Source of the DNA: a virus
Taxonomy: Duplodnaviria; Heunggongvirae; Uroviricota; Caudoviricetes
Length of the DNA stretch: 8,988 nucleotides
Strand: one strand, 5' to 3'
Virus record (IMG/VR): IMGVR_UViG_2700989169_000006
Within the stretch, counting starts at the first letter, position 1. The number at the start of each line of letters is the position of its first letter. The notes beneath the pieces were generated by a model. It was not told the origin of the DNA and ran no database searches. It saw only the letters and a list, made by a program, of their open reading frames with translations. The translations under genes were made by a program, and so were the position numbers. Positions 7,214-8,988 of the stretch are shown one piece after another.

Positions 7214-7231
7214 ATTCAATCAGGAGCGGGT

Positions 7232-7618
7232 ATGGCTACGAAAGAAGAAAACCTGAAACGTCTTTGTGAGCTGGCTGAGAGGCTGGGGCGTGAACCGGAT
7301 GTCTCCGGTAGTGCGGCAGATATTGCGCAGCGAGTGGCGGAACTGGAGGAAGAGCTTGGAGATGCGGGGGAGGTCGCAGAGCCGGATACGTACTCACCAT
7401 CGAAAGATGATCCGACCGCGCATAAAGGCGAGTCAGTTCCTGAACAGCCAGGCATTGTTACCGGAGACGAAACGGGGCAGGTTACGGTGGTGGCACTGGC
7501 GACACTGCATACAAAATGTAATGGTTCAGTGATATTTGTTTCACCGGGAACGTCGTTTCGTGTTTCTGCTGAGGTGGCTGCCAGCATGGCGGCAGGTGGT
7601 CTGGCAAAAAGGCAGTAA
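7232..7618 (+). CDS. FI: DNA packaging protein FI (lambda gpFI-like)
   Basis: The C-terminal region VTVVALATLHT...VSPGTSFRVSAEVAASMAAGGLAKRQ matches recalled lambda gpFI (VTVVALVKLHT...VLPGTAFRVSAGVAAEMTERGLARMQ), and the N-terminal region has the same acidic/alanine-rich character. The start is chosen at ATG 7232, preceded by AGGAG at 7222-7226; the ORF-track start at 7199 lies inside the terminator region and is less likely. Confidence 0.85.
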   Translation: MATKEENLKRLCELAERLGREPDVSGSAADIAQRVAELEEELGDAGEVAEPDTYSPSKDDPTAHKGESVPEQPGIVTGDETGQVTVVALATLHTKCNGSVIFVSPGTSFRVSAEVAASMAAGGLAKRQ

Positions 7619-7629
7619 CAGGAGATGTC

Positions 7630-8007
7630 GTGGACGGTTTCGATAATCTGTTTGATGCTGCGCTTGCCGGTGTCAATGAAGTCATTCTCCGTGATATGGG
7701 GATCAGCGCCGTCATTACGTCCGGAGAACTTGAGGGGACACACCTGACAGGGGTTTTTGATGATCCCGAAAGTATTTCTTTTGTTGCCGGGGGGATCCGG
7801 CTTGAGGATTCCTCACCGTGCCTGTTTGTGAAAACGGCAGATATATCGCAGTTACGCCGTCAGGATACGTTAACTATCGGGGATGATTCTTTCTTTGTGG
7901 ATCGTATTACTCCGGATGACGGGGGATGCTGTTATATCCGGTTAAGGCGGGGCAGTCCTGCCCCACAGAATAATGCCAGAATGAGGCGATATGATGAAGG
8001 GACTTGA
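7630..8007 (+). CDS. FII: Head-tail connector / head completion protein FII (lambda gpFII-like)
   Basis: DGFDNLFDAA, GVFDDPESISF, SSPCLFVKT, QLRRQDTLTIGDDSFFVDRITPDDGG match recalled lambda gpFII (ADFDNLFDAA, GVFDDPENISY, SSPSLFVRT, QLRRGDTLTIGEENFWVDRVSPDDGG). The start is a GTG at 7630 with GGAG at 7621-7624. Confidence 0.88.
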   Translation: MDGFDNLFDAALAGVNEVILRDMGISAVITSGELEGTHLTGVFDDPESISFVAGGIRLEDSSPCLFVKTADISQLRRQDTLTIGDDSFFVDRITPDDGGCCYIRLRRGSPAPQNNARMRRYDEGT

Positions 8008-8578
8008 GAATGCCATCCGCAATCTGAACAGCCTCGATACCCGCATGGTGCCACAGACCAGCGCATGGGCGGTAAACCGTGTGGCGGCAAAGATTGTTTC
8101 TGTCGCCACACGGCAGGTTGCGCAGAATACCGTTGCCGGGGATAACCAGGTGAAAGGTATTCCCCTGAAAACGGTCAGGGAGCGTGTCAGGCTGCTTAAA
8201 GCCAGCCCCTCAGGAAAAATGTATGCCCGCATGCGTGTTAACCGGGGTAACCTGCCCGCCATTAAGCTGGGTACCGCACAGGTCAGACTGGCCCGCTCCC
8301 GGCATGGCAGCAACTCACGTCATCGTGGCAGCGTACTGAAAGTGGGGAAATACCTTTTCCGGGATGCGTTTATTCAGCAACTGGCGAATGGTCGCTGGCA
8401 TGTGATGCGGCGTATTGACGGCAAAAATCGTTACCCCATTGATGTGGTGAAAATCCCGATGTCCGGACCGCTGACACAGGCATTTGAAGATGCCCGCGAC
8501 CGCATCATTGCTGCGGAAATGCCGAAACAGCTGGGGTATGCCCTGAAACAACAACTGAGGTTACATCTGAGTAAATGA
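7991..8578 (+). CDS. Z: Tail assembly/completion protein Z (lambda gpZ-like)
   Basis: KGLENAI, VNRVA, AFIQQLANGRWHVMRRIDGKNRYPIDVVKIPM and LGYALKQQLR match recalled lambda gpZ (KGLEQAV, INRVA, AFIQQLKNGRWHVMQRVAGKNRYPIDVVKIPM, LGYALQHQLR). It overlaps the FII 3' end; the start is ATG 7991 or 7994. Confidence 0.88.
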   Translation: MMKGLENAIRNLNSLDTRMVPQTSAWAVNRVAAKIVSVATRQVAQNTVAGDNQVKGIPLKTVRERVRLLKASPSGKMYARMRVNRGNLPAIKLGTAQVRLARSRHGSNSRHRGSVLKVGKYLFRDAFIQQLANGRWHVMRRIDGKNRYPIDVVKIPMSGPLTQAFEDARDRIIAAEMPKQLGYALKQQLRLHLSK

Positions 8579-8976
8579 ACCGACACACACAAATCCGTCA
8601 GAGCGTGCTGGCACGCCTTCGGGAACAGTGTGGAGACAGCGCCACGTTTTTTGACGGGCTTCCGGCATTTATTGATGCGCAGGAACTGCCCGCCGTGGCG
8701 GTGTGGCTGAGTGATGCGCAGTACACCGGAAAAATGACGGATGAGGACGACTGGCAGGCTGTTCTGCATATTGCCGTTTTCGTCCGTGCACAGGCGCCGG
8801 ATTCTGAGCTGGATACGTGGATGGAGAACACCATATTTCCGGCCATGAAGGATATTCCGGTGCTTTCCGGACTCATCGACACCATGATCCCACTCGGTTT
8901 TAACTATCAACGTGATAATGAGATGGCCACCTGGGCGATGGCGGAAATCACGTACCAGATCACGTACACGAATTAA
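8575..8976 (+). CDS. U: Tail terminator / tail tube completion protein U (lambda gpU-like)
   Basis: ATFFDG, PAVAVWL, AQYTG, PDSELDTWME and ITYQITY match recalled lambda gpU (ATFFDG, PAVAVYL, AEYTG, PDSELDAWME, LTYVITY). Its ATG overlaps the Z stop (ATGA). Confidence 0.9.
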   Translation: MNRHTQIRQSVLARLREQCGDSATFFDGLPAFIDAQELPAVAVWLSDAQYTGKMTDEDDWQAVLHIAVFVRAQAPDSELDTWMENTIFPAMKDIPVLSGLIDTMIPLGFNYQRDNEMATWAMAEITYQITYTN

Positions 8977-8988
8977 GGAGGTGGTAAT
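8977..8988 (+). promoter_or_regulatory. Ribosome-binding site (AGGAGGTGG) for the next gene, expected to be the major tail protein (V-like) starting just beyond the window
   Basis: GGAGGTGG immediately follows the U stop (TAA 8974-8976). In lambda, V follows U by a few nucleotides. Confidence 0.4.

Noticed and set aside
7216-7743. Minus-strand ORF of 175 aa overlapping FI and FII, with a poly-Ser stretch
   Set aside because: The low-complexity S/A/P-rich product is the reverse complement of the acidic/alanine-rich FI coding region; it is an antisense artefact.
8431-8910. Minus-strand ORFs (159 aa and 95 aa) antisense to Z and U
   Set aside because: Embedded in well-supported + strand genes, with no independent evidence.
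1-8988. Search for CRISPR repeats, tRNA or tmRNA genes, IS elements or att sites, and inserted non-structural cargo genes such as toxin-antitoxin or defence islands
   Set aside because: No regularly spaced direct repeats with spacers, no cloverleaf-like or terminal inverted-repeat structures, and no intergenic space large enough to hold an extra gene; every substantial ORF is accounted for by a lambda head or tail homolog.

Overview
This window is the head-morphogenesis and DNA-packaging module of a lambda-like (lambdoid, Enterobacteriaceae-type) siphovirus or prophage, entirely on the + strand and colinear with phage lambda: Nu1 (C-terminal part only) - A (terminase large subunit) - W - B (portal) - C/Nu3 (prohead protease/scaffold) - D (decoration) - E (major capsid) - FI - FII - Z - U, with the ribosome-binding site of the next gene (V-like major tail protein) at the 3' edge. 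Assignments rest on reading the supplied translations against lambda protein sequences recalled from memory; no database search was run. Genes are tightly packed with stop/start overlaps typical of translational coupling. No tRNA, rRNA, CRISPR array, insertion sequence or obvious inserted cargo ('moron') gene is visible. I found no evidence of a novel defence or accessory system; this looks like an ordinary structural module. Points worth a second look are: (1) a +1 frame break in the portal gene at a T6 run, (2) a tandem triplication of the scaffold C-terminal motif in C/Nu3, ending at an N-gap, (3) a Nu1 homolog whose frame is closed by two stop codons at the window start, (4) a terminator-like hairpin directly after the major capsid gene, (5) three N-runs inside A, B and C that make local frames and gene ends uncertain.
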